IMG/VR virus record: IMGVR_UViG_3300023313_000001
Coordinates: 62,001 to 126,000 of that record
Direction: 5' to 3' (one strand)
Length of the DNA: 64,000 nt
Position 1 is the stretch's first letter. Each line of letters begins with the position of its first letter. A program made the position numbers and the translations under genes. The notes beneath the pieces are model-generated. The model made no database searches and was not told the DNA's origin. It saw only the letters and a list, made by a program, of their open reading frames with translations. Shown here piece after piece: positions 30,073-39,065 of this stretch.

Positions 30073-30680
30073 TGAATAAGTCTCCATTCGTGGTGTTAGA
30101 TAAATTTATATCTCCATTATTATGTGAGGAGATTGTAGACGAAGTTGGATTCGCTCCTGCAGACTACGATCCAGATAGTAAGCGAGTATCTCCACAATCA
30201 TCATATGACGAAGAATTTGAAAAGATTATTTTCGAGCAGGTAACTCCATATATTCCGTCACTGGAAGAGTATTATGAGTTTAAATATAAAGGAACAGAAC
30301 GAGTAGTATTCGAACGATACCAACAAGGTGCATATCGTCAACCTCAATGTGAAAGTAGCGAATTTTTAACTAACCGTTGGGTTAAAACTAAATTGAGAGA
30401 TTTTTGTTGTGTGCTGTTTTTATGTGATTATAATGATCAACCGCCCTTTGATGATGAATTTGAATGTTACGGTGGAAAGCTGGAATTTATAAATCATCAG
30501 TTTGGATTTAATCCAACTAGAGGTACTATGATTGTATATCCTAGTGATCCTAGATTTACCAACGCTACCACTGAAATATTTGCTGGATGTTTATATCAAG
30601 TTAGACTCCACATCGCTGCAGATACTCCCTACATATACAATCCTAAACAATTTCCTGGTAACTATACAACGTGGTTTTAA
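30072..30680 (+). CDS. 2OG-Fe(II) oxygenase-fold protein with degenerate metal ligands
   Basis: ERYQQG, LFLCDY, YGGKLEF, PTRGTMIVYPS fit the fold; HxD reads QCE and the distal His reads N. Confidence 0.7.
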   Translation: MNKSPFVVLDKFISPLLCEEIVDEVGFAPADYDPDSKRVSPQSSYDEEFEKIIFEQVTPYIPSLEEYYEFKYKGTERVVFERYQQGAYRQPQCESSEFLTNRWVKTKLRDFCCVLFLCDYNDQPPFDDEFECYGGKLEFINHQFGFNPTRGTMIVYPSDPRFTNATTEIFAGCLYQVRLHIAADTPYIYNPKQFPGNYTTWF

Positions 30681-30689
30681 CAGCATCAT

Positions 30690-31601
30690 ATGAGAAAGCT
30701 GACGACTGAAGAGTTTATAGCTAAAGCTGATGTCACACACCATGGCAAGTACATTTACGACTCAGTAGTATACACTAAAAGTACATCAAAAGTCGCTATA
30801 ATATGTCCAAAACATGGAACGTTTAATCAACGAGCAAGTGCACATTTGCATGGGAGTGGATGTTTGGAATGTGGTGGATGTAAACAGAGTAGTACTACTG
30901 AGTTCATTGCTAAATCCGAAGTAATTCATTCAAATAAATACAATTATACTCTAACCAAATATATCAATACTCATTCTAAAGTGAATATTACATGCGATAT
31001 CCATGGAACATTCAGTCAGAGACCTAACGACCATCTAAAGGGGAATGGATGTCCTCAGTGCTGTGCTAATGTCAAATTGTCTACTTCAAGCTTCATTACC
31101 AAATCTCGTCAAGTACATGGAGATAGATACGATTACAGTAACTCAGTATATCAATCCAACAGTTCACCCATTATCATTACCTGTTCCATTCATGGTGATT
31201 TCCTTCAACGACCCAGCGTGCATTTGGACGGATGTGGCTGCTCATACTGCAATAAAGTTGGAGGATATAGTAAAGAAAAACTCACATCATATCTGACGTT
31301 AGGGCAACGAATGGGAAGTTTGTACCTGGTGTTGCTCTCCAGTAACGACGAACAGTTCTACAAAGTTGGGATATCCTCCACTGTTAGTCATAGGTTAACA
31401 TACATGTCTTCTACATATACTGTTGAGACAATTAATATAGTTAATATGATGCTAATAGATGCATTCAATCTGGAGCAAAAAATATTATCAATGTTCACTC
31501 CATACTATCCTACTAACAAATTTGGTGGCCACACAGAATGCTTGGTGTTAACCGATGATGATGTAACTAACGTTATGAAGATAATGACCTGTTATGCTTA
31601 G
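30690..31601 (+). CDS. free-standing homing endonuclease-like protein, family A (3 repeats)
   Basis: Three ICPKHG.F.QR...HL.G.GCxxC repeats; LYLVLL...FYKVGIS...HTEC. Confidence 0.75.
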   Translation: MRKLTTEEFIAKADVTHHGKYIYDSVVYTKSTSKVAIICPKHGTFNQRASAHLHGSGCLECGGCKQSSTTEFIAKSEVIHSNKYNYTLTKYINTHSKVNITCDIHGTFSQRPNDHLKGNGCPQCCANVKLSTSSFITKSRQVHGDRYDYSNSVYQSNSSPIIITCSIHGDFLQRPSVHLDGCGCSYCNKVGGYSKEKLTSYLTLGQRMGSLYLVLLSSNDEQFYKVGISSTVSHRLTYMSSTYTVETINIVNMMLIDAFNLEQKILSMFTPYYPTNKFGGHTECLVLTDDDVTNVMKIMTCYA

Positions 31602-31647
31602 ATTTTTTCAGTTTGGTGGATTATTATAATTAACAATCACCCTCGAT

Positions 31648-31655
31648 TATAAATA
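31648..31655 (+). promoter_or_regulatory. T4-like late promoter
   Basis: TATAAATA upstream of the fibre/collagen operon. Confidence 0.7.
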
Positions 31656-31715
31656 TAGATACTGCTCATAACTAATGGAGCAATTTCAATCTTTTAACTA
31701 AGGGGTATTTCAAAA

Positions 31716-34628
31716 ATGATTGTAGACGGTATTAATCTCATCGATGGGGTGATCAAGAACGCTGCTGTAGAATCCGGCATAACTCTTCCGCTCACTAACC
31801 TAGATACAGGACGTTTATTTTATCTGTCACAAATTGACGGGATTCATTCCCCAGGTCTGTACGTGTACAATGGTACTGATTGGGAAACATCTGGTCAAGT
31901 TGGCGATATTACTGGCGTAGTTGCTGGTACAGGATTAACTGGTGGTGGTAACACTGGATCAGTTCAATTAGATATCGACCCAGCGGTCGTTGCTACTATT
32001 GCAGTAACAGATAATTTAAATTCAACAAAAGTGAATAAAACAGGGGATCTCATGTCTGGAGCGTTAGACATGGGTACGAACGGAATTGTCAACCTATCAA
32101 GTCCCACATTGAGTACGGATGCTGCTAATAAGCAGTATGTTGATGCTGCATTGGGTACAGTGGATTTATCAGGTAAAGTTAGTATAGCTGGCGATACCAT
32201 GACAGGATTTTTATGGTTCCAGGCTGGTGTTGGATTGTATTGGTCGGACAGTAATTTAACAGTGCTACCAGATGCGAGTAGTGCGGGAGGCTTAGTCGTT
32301 GCTACCAGTGTAGCAGCAGCGATTCACCGGTTTGTCGTAGCTGGGGTGGACACTCTGAAAATATCACAAACTGCTGTTACTGTGGCTCCAGGAGTAGACT
32401 TAATATTAAATACAACTCCTGTATCAGATCAACATGCAGCAAATAAATTATACGTCGATAATGCTGTACTTGGGGTGGATTTATCATCACGAGTTGCAAA
32501 AACTGGCGATTCCATGACTGGGTCATTATCGTTTCAATCAGGTACTGGTTTATCTTGGCCATCAAACAGTGTGACATTGTTGCCTGATGGTGGTTCCGGT
32601 TTGGTAATTTCAACAAACTCAGTAACAGCTTCTCATAAATTTGCGGTGGGTGGTTCCGTTCAAATGGCCATCTCGTTAACTGACGTGTCATTAGCTGCTG
32701 GTGTGAGTCTTACGCTTGCACAAGATCCTACACTAAACCTACAAGCTTCGACAAAGCAATACGTTGATAATGCAGTGCTAGCAGTAGATCTATCGTCACG
32801 TGTGGCTAAAGCTGGTGATGCAATGACAGGCAGTTTGAGTATGGGTACCAATAGTGTGAGCTTTACAGGTGTTGGTGCTGCGGGGGTTGGTGGAGAGCTT
32901 TCCTTTGTAGGGGCTTCAACTACAGTATACGCTCCGTCTGTGGCTGGAGGTTTGACGTTTGACGCGCCCGCAACTGGATCATTCGTCAATGTAGTCAATG
33001 CTAATGCTATCACTACAGTTGATACTGGCGGATTAACTATTAACTCAGGGAATATTACACTAAATGCAGATCCAACTCTAGCGTTACAAGCTGCTACCAA
33101 ACAGTATGTAGATGGTAGTGTGGTGAATATCACTGGTAAGGTGAATGTTGCAGGCGACACAATGACTGGTGCATTAATTCTTAATGCGGATCCTTCAGTT
33201 GCATTAGGAGCTGCTACTAAACAATATGTTGATGCTGCTGAAACAGCTAGCGTTACTAAAGCTGGCGACACAATGACTGGTGCATTAATTCTTAATGCGG
33301 ATCCTTCAGTTGCATTAGGAGCTGCTACTAAACAATATGTTGACAGTGGAATTGGAGGAATCAATTTATCAGGTCTAGTTGCTAAAGCTGGCGACACAAT
33401 GACTGGTGCATTGACGCTTAATGCTGATCCTATCAACGATTTACATGCTGCTACAAAAAGATATGTTGATGGTGTTGCTACAGGACTAGATGTAAAAGCC
33501 TCTGTGCGTGTAGCTACCGTTGCTAATATTACATTATCAGGAGCACAAACAATTGATGGCGTCGCTGTAATAGCTGGTGACAGAGTTCTTGTAAAAGATC
33601 AATCGATTGGATCACAGAATGGTATATATGATGCTGCATCTGGTGCTTGGATTAGATCTTCGGATGCCGATAATACCCCAGCTAATGAAGTAACGTCTGG
33701 AATGTTCACTTTTGTAGAAGAAGGTTTATTGAATGCGAGTTCTGGTTGGGCATTAGCGACTGCAGATCCAATCACATTGGATGTTACATCATTATCGTTC
33801 TCCCAATTTAGTGGAGCTGGACAAATTACCGCTGGAACGGGTATATCAAAATCTGGTGATACACTAAGTTTAGATACTGGCAACAGTAGAAACGTAGACC
33901 ACTCAACAATCGATATGATCGCTGGCACCGGTATGACTGGTGGTGGTACTATCACAGGTAACAGAACATTTAATGTGGTCGGTGGGAATGGTATTGTAGC
34001 TAACGCTAATGATATAGCATTGGATACAGGTAATGTTCGTAATGTATCTCACAGTGCTGTGTCTATAGTTGCTGGTAGTGGTTTATCTGGTGGTGGTGAT
34101 ATTACTGCATCCAGAACACTCAATATCGGTGCTGGGACAGGTATTACTGTAGCTGCTAATAGTATTGCGTTTGACACAATATTTGGTGATGCAAGATATA
34201 TTCAACAAGCTGAAAATGCTGCATCTGCTACCAAATTAAATACAGCACGCACCATTTCATTGGGTGGCGATCTATCTGGTAGTGCATCATTTGATGGAAC
34301 TGCCAATATTACGATCACAGCTACTGTAGATAATACTGGGACTTATACTGATAACAGAACTACTAATAAAACGTTAGTTAGCCTGGAGACTGTATTTGTT
34401 AATACCTCTGCCGGAATTCTAACAATGACGTTGCCAGGAGCTCCTACATTGGGAGATCAAGTTACTATCATAGATTTGAAAGGCACGTTTGGAACCAACA
34501 AATGTATTGTTGGTAGAAATGGTGGAGTTATCATGGGTCTAACACAAAACATGGATATTACTACAAATAACGCTAGTGTTACACTCATCTACAGTAATGC
34601 TGCTGATGGCTGGAGAATTAAGCAATAA
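31716..34628 (+). CDS. long fibre-like virion protein
   Basis: Repeated GDTMTG.L...A.K.YVD shaft units, GLDVKASVR domain, C-terminal domain resembling T4 gp34 N-terminal repeats. Confidence 0.75.
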   Translation: MIVDGINLIDGVIKNAAVESGITLPLTNLDTGRLFYLSQIDGIHSPGLYVYNGTDWETSGQVGDITGVVAGTGLTGGGNTGSVQLDIDPAVVATIAVTDNLNSTKVNKTGDLMSGALDMGTNGIVNLSSPTLSTDAANKQYVDAALGTVDLSGKVSIAGDTMTGFLWFQAGVGLYWSDSNLTVLPDASSAGGLVVATSVAAAIHRFVVAGVDTLKISQTAVTVAPGVDLILNTTPVSDQHAANKLYVDNAVLGVDLSSRVAKTGDSMTGSLSFQSGTGLSWPSNSVTLLPDGGSGLVISTNSVTASHKFAVGGSVQMAISLTDVSLAAGVSLTLAQDPTLNLQASTKQYVDNAVLAVDLSSRVAKAGDAMTGSLSMGTNSVSFTGVGAAGVGGELSFVGASTTVYAPSVAGGLTFDAPATGSFVNVVNANAITTVDTGGLTINSGNITLNADPTLALQAATKQYVDGSVVNITGKVNVAGDTMTGALILNADPSVALGAATKQYVDAAETASVTKAGDTMTGALILNADPSVALGAATKQYVDSGIGGINLSGLVAKAGDTMTGALTLNADPINDLHAATKRYVDGVATGLDVKASVRVATVANITLSGAQTIDGVAVIAGDRVLVKDQSIGSQNGIYDAASGAWIRSSDADNTPANEVTSGMFTFVEEGLLNASSGWALATADPITLDVTSLSFSQFSGAGQITAGTGISKSGDTLSLDTGNSRNVDHSTIDMIAGTGMTGGGTITGNRTFNVVGGNGIVANANDIALDTGNVRNVSHSAVSIVAGSGLSGGGDITASRTLNIGAGTGITVAANSIAFDTIFGDARYIQQAENAASATKLNTARTISLGGDLSGSASFDGTANITITATVDNTGTYTDNRTTNKTLVSLETVFVNTSAGILTMTLPGAPTLGDQVTIIDLKGTFGTNKCIVGRNGGVIMGLTQNMDITTNNASVTLIYSNAADGWRIKQ
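33153..33343 (+). repeat. 80-bp identical direct repeat, 111-bp period, in the fibre gene
   Basis: 33153-33232 equals 33264-33343; partial third copy near 33390-33412. Confidence 0.9.
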
Positions 34629-34640
34629 GGGAGCAGTGAT

Positions 34641-35438
34641 ATGAGTAATTGGTTAAGTTATGCACGATCTGGAAATAAAGGTGTCAAAGGAGCCAAAGGG
34701 GTTAATGGTGTCAAAGGAGCCAAAGGCTTGCTGGGAGATAAAGGAGATCCTGGAGACTTAGGTGTTTCTGGTGGTCCTGGTCCTAGTGGTGATATTGGGG
34801 TTCAAGGCGCTCAGGGTCCTGCTAATAATACAACAGGTCCACAAGGCGCTCAGGGTCCACAAGGTCCACAGGGTGGAATCGGTGCTCAAGGCGGGACAGG
34901 GGCAACTGGTCCCGTTGGTGCTCAGGGTCCGTTAGGTCCTGCAGGATCGCCAGGCCCAACAGGGTCAAAAGGAATCGCCGGTTCTACTGGTGCCACTGGT
35001 ACTAAAGGAAGTGCTGGAGGTGCTGGAGCAAAAGGTGCAGCTGGTCAGAAGGGCTCCACTGGAGTTACTGGTCCAGGAGGGTCTCAAGGCATTCAAGGTG
35101 CCCAAGGTGCCCAAGGGGTAGCAGGTCAGAAAGGTTCGATTGGAGCGACAGGGGCTGGTGGGTCTACCGGAGCTGTTGGTCAAAAAGGTGGAGCAGGTCC
35201 AACAGGTAACACTGGTGCTAAGGGATCTGCTGGTGCTAAGGGGTCGGACGGTCCAGCTGGAGCACAAGGTGCTCTTGGCATTCAGGGCGATCTAGGTGGT
35301 GCTGGTACGCCAGGGCCAAATGGTATTCCAGGAGCTACAGGATCGAAAGGTCAGAAAGGTCAGAAAGGTGCTCTTGGAGCTCAAGGGACTAAAGGGGCTA
35401 AAGGTCAGAAAGGTCAGAAAGGTGCCCCAGGTGTCTAA
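34641..35438 (+). CDS. collagen-like protein 1 (about 83 Gly-X-Y triplets)
   Basis: Continuous Gly-X-Y from residue 11 with a single NNTT interruption. Confidence 0.9.
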   Translation: MSNWLSYARSGNKGVKGAKGVNGVKGAKGLLGDKGDPGDLGVSGGPGPSGDIGVQGAQGPANNTTGPQGAQGPQGPQGGIGAQGGTGATGPVGAQGPLGPAGSPGPTGSKGIAGSTGATGTKGSAGGAGAKGAAGQKGSTGVTGPGGSQGIQGAQGAQGVAGQKGSIGATGAGGSTGAVGQKGGAGPTGNTGAKGSAGAKGSDGPAGAQGALGIQGDLGGAGTPGPNGIPGATGSKGQKGQKGALGAQGTKGAKGQKGQKGAPGV

Positions 35439-35464
35439 TATGAATAACACAGAAGGATATAAAT

Positions 35465-36670
35465 ATGAGTAATTTTGAAGATTTTAATTATAGAACTTCG
35501 GGCGTTATTGGTGACCAGGGAGTCGCTGGGGTTCTGGGTGCTAAGGGTACCAAAGGTACCAAAGGTACCAAAGGTACTAAAGGTGTTCCTGGAATAATTG
35601 GACCCAAAGGATTAAAAGGAGTTGCAGGCCCTCAAGGTGTTGTAGGTGTAAATGGGTCTACTGGGCCAGTTGGTATAGCCGGAGATATTGGTCAAATAGG
35701 TCCAACTGGTGCTACTGGTGCTACTGGTCCTACTGGGCCTGCCAGTGTTGTTACTGGTCCACCTGGTACGGTGGGAGCTGTTGGTCAGCCAGGAGATAAA
35801 GGAGCAGTAGGTGCTCAGGGACCAGTAGGTCCAACTGGTGCTACTGGTCCTCAAGGTGTGAAGGGGACCAAAGGGTTACCTGGTCCTGGAGGTCCTACCG
35901 GTGCTCAAGGCGCTCAAGGTTCTACTGGTGGAGTAGGGTCTAAGGGAAATAAAGGAACAGCTGGAGATAAAGGAAACAAAGGAACTACTGGAAGTAAAGG
36001 TGATAAGGGTGTACTTGGCCCTCAAGGGACTGCAGGATTATCAGGTCCGTCGGGAGCCACTGGATCTCAAGGAATTGCAGGCCCTCAAGGTCCAGCAGGT
36101 CCCAAAGGTATTAAGGGCATTAAAGGTATAACTGGATCCCCTGGAGCCACTGGGACACCAGGAGCCAAGGGTGCAAAAGGTCCTAAAGGAGCTCCTATAA
36201 TAGGAGATCCAGGAGCTCTAGGACAGAAAGGACAGAAAGGTGTAAAAGGACAGCCTCAAGGTGGGTTAACCGCAGGACAGACCATTTCATCTAATGTTGC
36301 AAACACAAATGCTGTGGTTGTATCAAACGTCACTTTCAATTCTAACGGGACTACAACGTTTGCACTTAACAGCAATGCGACTACACCTGGTCCTAACTGG
36401 ACAACCGATGCTGGTGGATCTGCATACAACATATCTTGGACTGTGGGAGCTGCAGTGGGTACACGCTCTCCTACATCTAACGCCAGCAATGTGTCAATGG
36501 CTGCATCACAAACGTTCAGTTCAACAGACACCCTCACAGGGGCAGTAGCTTCCACGTCCACATGGACTATCACGCTAACCCATGTATTGTCTGGAAATAC
36601 TCAAGTATGGACTGCAAACACATCTGCTGAAAAACTTGGTGGTGGTGGTGGTGGTGCAATAATATTATAA
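35465..36670 (+). CDS. collagen-like protein 2 (about 82 triplets + C-terminal beta-rich domain)
   Basis: Gly-X-Y with SVVT and II interruptions, then about 135 aa Thr/Ser-rich domain ending GGGGGGAIIL. Confidence 0.9.
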   Translation: MSNFEDFNYRTSGVIGDQGVAGVLGAKGTKGTKGTKGTKGVPGIIGPKGLKGVAGPQGVVGVNGSTGPVGIAGDIGQIGPTGATGATGPTGPASVVTGPPGTVGAVGQPGDKGAVGAQGPVGPTGATGPQGVKGTKGLPGPGGPTGAQGAQGSTGGVGSKGNKGTAGDKGNKGTTGSKGDKGVLGPQGTAGLSGPSGATGSQGIAGPQGPAGPKGIKGIKGITGSPGATGTPGAKGAKGPKGAPIIGDPGALGQKGQKGVKGQPQGGLTAGQTISSNVANTNAVVVSNVTFNSNGTTTFALNSNATTPGPNWTTDAGGSAYNISWTVGAAVGTRSPTSNASNVSMAASQTFSSTDTLTGAVASTSTWTITLTHVLSGNTQVWTANTSAEKLGGGGGGAIIL

Positions 36671-37296
36671 TGGGTATTATGTTGTTACAAAATGTGTTCA
36701 GTGATAGTGACTATGTGATTAGTTTAGCTGAACACATGGGATTTGAGCCAGCTCCAGTAATATCTCAATGTGTTACTGATGCTAGTGGGAATATACTTCC
36801 GATGAAAGATTTATTAGAGGTTAACCATCCAGATCCCTCATTCTTCAACGCAGATAAGGTGTTCATCCATCGAGGCAGTTCTGAGTTTGATGAAATTATT
36901 ACAGTATGTGACAACATATTAACAACAGTATTTTCTGAATACGATGTTGAACTAGTAACAGATGATTGGCCAGGGACATATAAGTTAGATTATGTTTCTG
37001 TTGTTAGGTACAATTGTGGTGGCTTTTTTCACAACCACTCAGACTTGCTAGTTCAACCAGGCGGGAATTTTCGGAGTTTTACAATAATTGCTTATATGAG
37101 CGATTTTGCGGGTGGTGATTTGGTTTTTGCAGATCATGATATTAAACTATCCCCACAGAAAGGAGATGTTGTAGTTTTTCCTTGTGGTGAACAATACAGA
37201 CACGAGTCTACTGTGGTTACTGAGGGGGTTAAATATGCTCTTACCTTATGGCCATTGGTAAACACAGAATTAAAATTAAAAGTAGGGACTAATTAA
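36670..37296 (+). CDS. 2OG-Fe(II) dioxygenase, prolyl-4-hydroxylase-like
   Basis: Intact HxD (HNHSD), distal His (YRHES), 2OG-binding Lys (GVKY), RY..GG.F and GGDLVF motifs. Confidence 0.85.
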   Translation: MGIMLLQNVFSDSDYVISLAEHMGFEPAPVISQCVTDASGNILPMKDLLEVNHPDPSFFNADKVFIHRGSSEFDEIITVCDNILTTVFSEYDVELVTDDWPGTYKLDYVSVVRYNCGGFFHNHSDLLVQPGGNFRSFTIIAYMSDFAGGDLVFADHDIKLSPQKGDVVVFPCGEQYRHESTVVTEGVKYALTLWPLVNTELKLKVGTN

Positions 37297-38078
37297 TGAG
37301 TAATTTAAATGATTTTTTAATCGCTGGAGCTAAAGGTGATATTGGTGCAGTGGGTGCTGTTGGACTTGTTGGACTTGTTGGTGGAATTGGAGACCTTGGG
37401 AATGGTGGCATTACCGGACCACAGGGATCTGCAGGTTCTCAAGGATCGATTGGTCCTCAGGGTTTGATAGGTGCTCAAGGTCCTCTGGGTGCTCAAGGTA
37501 TTAAGGGAGTTAAGGGGTTAAAGGGAACTGTCACTGGACCTAAGGGTAATAAGGGGTTTGTTGGAGGAGCAGGAGCTCCCGGCACACAAGGTCCTCAAGG
37601 CCCACAAGGAGCGAAAGGTGTTGCAGGAGCTATAGGTACAGTGGGTGCTGTTGGAGCTCAAGGTCCTACAGGTACTACTGGAGTAGCTGGTGCTTCTGGT
37701 GCAATTGGTGCAATTGGTGCTACTGGTGCTACTGGTGCTATAGGTACTACTGGTGGATTAGGGGCTAAAGGTGTTGCAGGAGTTAAAGGGACTAAAGGGG
37801 CTGCAGGAACGCCTGGGGCTAAGGGGTTGAAGGGAGCTAAAGGAGCTCAAGGTGGTCCTGGTGGCGCTGGAGCTAAAGGTCCAGATGGAGCTGTGGGATC
37901 TATTGGTATCACAGGGGCTATAGGAACTGCTGGTCCTCAAGGGGCTCAAGGACCTGTTGGTATAAATGGGTTAGGTGGACCACCTGGTACAAATGGTGCT
38001 ACTGGAGCATTTGGTGACAATCATATCGGGGTTAAAGGAACCAAAGGTCAAAAAGGTCAGAAAGGTATTACAGGTTAA
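37296..38078 (+). CDS. collagen-like protein 3 (about 82 triplets)
   Basis: Gly-X-Y from residue 11 with T and HI interruptions. Confidence 0.9.
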   Translation: MSNLNDFLIAGAKGDIGAVGAVGLVGLVGGIGDLGNGGITGPQGSAGSQGSIGPQGLIGAQGPLGAQGIKGVKGLKGTVTGPKGNKGFVGGAGAPGTQGPQGPQGAKGVAGAIGTVGAVGAQGPTGTTGVAGASGAIGAIGATGATGAIGTTGGLGAKGVAGVKGTKGAAGTPGAKGLKGAKGAQGGPGGAGAKGPDGAVGSIGITGAIGTAGPQGAQGPVGINGLGGPPGTNGATGAFGDNHIGVKGTKGQKGQKGITG

Positions 38079-38093
38079 CATCACACACGATTT

Positions 38094-38118
38094 AAAAGGT
38101 TCCATATGGAACCTTTTT
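38094..38118. terminator. bidirectional intrinsic terminator closing the fibre/collagen operon
   Basis: AAAAGGTTCC-ATAT-GGAACCTTTTT. Confidence 0.85.
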
Positions 38119-38133
38119 ATGTCTGATTCAAAT

Positions 38134-38162
38134 TTGACAATCTACGCGTAATATATTATACT
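38134..38162 (+). promoter_or_regulatory. sigma70-type early promoter
   Basis: TTGACA-17 nt-TATACT. Confidence 0.85.
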
Positions 38163-38192
38163 CAGTTTTTAATAATACACTGAGGAAATGAA

Positions 38193-38486
38193 ATGTCACA
38201 ACTTGAACACCATGGTTTAATTTTACCTAGCAGTCCTGAAGATCGAAAACGTTTGATGGGTGGAATAGACGAGATTATAAATTGTCTAGCTCAAATGAAT
38301 TCTCAACGAGAGGCCAAGAAAGAAATTATAGAGCATCTATACGAAGAATTTGGTATTGACAAAAAACTGTTAAATAAAGTTGCGGCAACTTTATTTAAGG
38401 ATAATTTTCAACAGGTTGCAGCTGAAAATGAAGATTTTGAATTGTTAGTAGAAACTTTGCGAACTAAACAACAAGCGTCTACCTAA
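38193..38486 (+). CDS. dsbA: T4 DsbA-like dsDNA-binding protein
   Basis: 97 aa helical protein with KEII..L.EEFGIDKK..NK.....F.DNF pattern typical of phage DsbA. Confidence 0.65.
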   Translation: MSQLEHHGLILPSSPEDRKRLMGGIDEIINCLAQMNSQREAKKEIIEHLYEEFGIDKKLLNKVAATLFKDNFQQVAAENEDFELLVETLRTKQQAST

Positions 38487-38493
38487 GTATATT

Positions 38494-38523
38494 GCAGGGT
38501 AATCATATTGCCCTGCTCTTTTT
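38494..38523 (+). terminator. intrinsic terminator
   Basis: GCAGGGTAAT-CAT-ATTGCCCTGC followed by TCTTTTT. Confidence 0.75.
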
Positions 38524-38541
38524 ATCTAACTGGAATACCCA

Positions 38542-39039
38542 ATGGCAACAGAGATTGAGCGGAAGTTTTTGGTTAGTTGTCCGGATAAGGTCACTCAATC
38601 TTGGCGACCACATCGTGATATAGTGCAGTGTTACACCACAGCTGCAGATGACGCGTGTTCTCGTATTCGTGCTTCCAGTATAACTACTAGAGGAATAACC
38701 ATACATAGCTTTACTACAACTCATAAAATACGTAAGACTGATATGACACGTACAGAGTTGGAACATGACGTAAGCATGTATATAGCACTTCAACAATTCC
38801 GCCAATCGCCCAATCCACTAATATATAAAACCAGATACCTAGTGCCATACAATGACTCACTACAGTGGGAGATTGATGTATTCCACGCAGATAATCATGG
38901 GTTAATCGTTGCAGAAATTGAACTGCCTCATGAATCATATCAATTAACTATACCATCGTGGATTGGTGATGAAGTGACTAATGATATGAAATATACTAAT
39001 GTTCAATTGAGTGGCAATCCGTTTTGTAACTGGGAATAA
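38542..39039 (+). CDS. CYTH (triphosphate tunnel metalloenzyme) domain protein
   Basis: EIERKF (ExExK), RIR, KTRY, WEIDVF, VAEIEL, KYTN. Confidence 0.88.
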   Translation: MATEIERKFLVSCPDKVTQSWRPHRDIVQCYTTAADDACSRIRASSITTRGITIHSFTTTHKIRKTDMTRTELEHDVSMYIALQQFRQSPNPLIYKTRYLVPYNDSLQWEIDVFHADNHGLIVAEIELPHESYQLTIPSWIGDEVTNDMKYTNVQLSGNPFCNWE

Positions 39040-39065
39040 ATATATCTTACTTAATTGGAGATATT

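Noticed and set aside
35458-35465. Late promoter TATAAATA before collagen 2
   Set aside because: It overlaps the ATG, so a transcript from it would miss the start codon; probably part of the AT-rich RBS spacer
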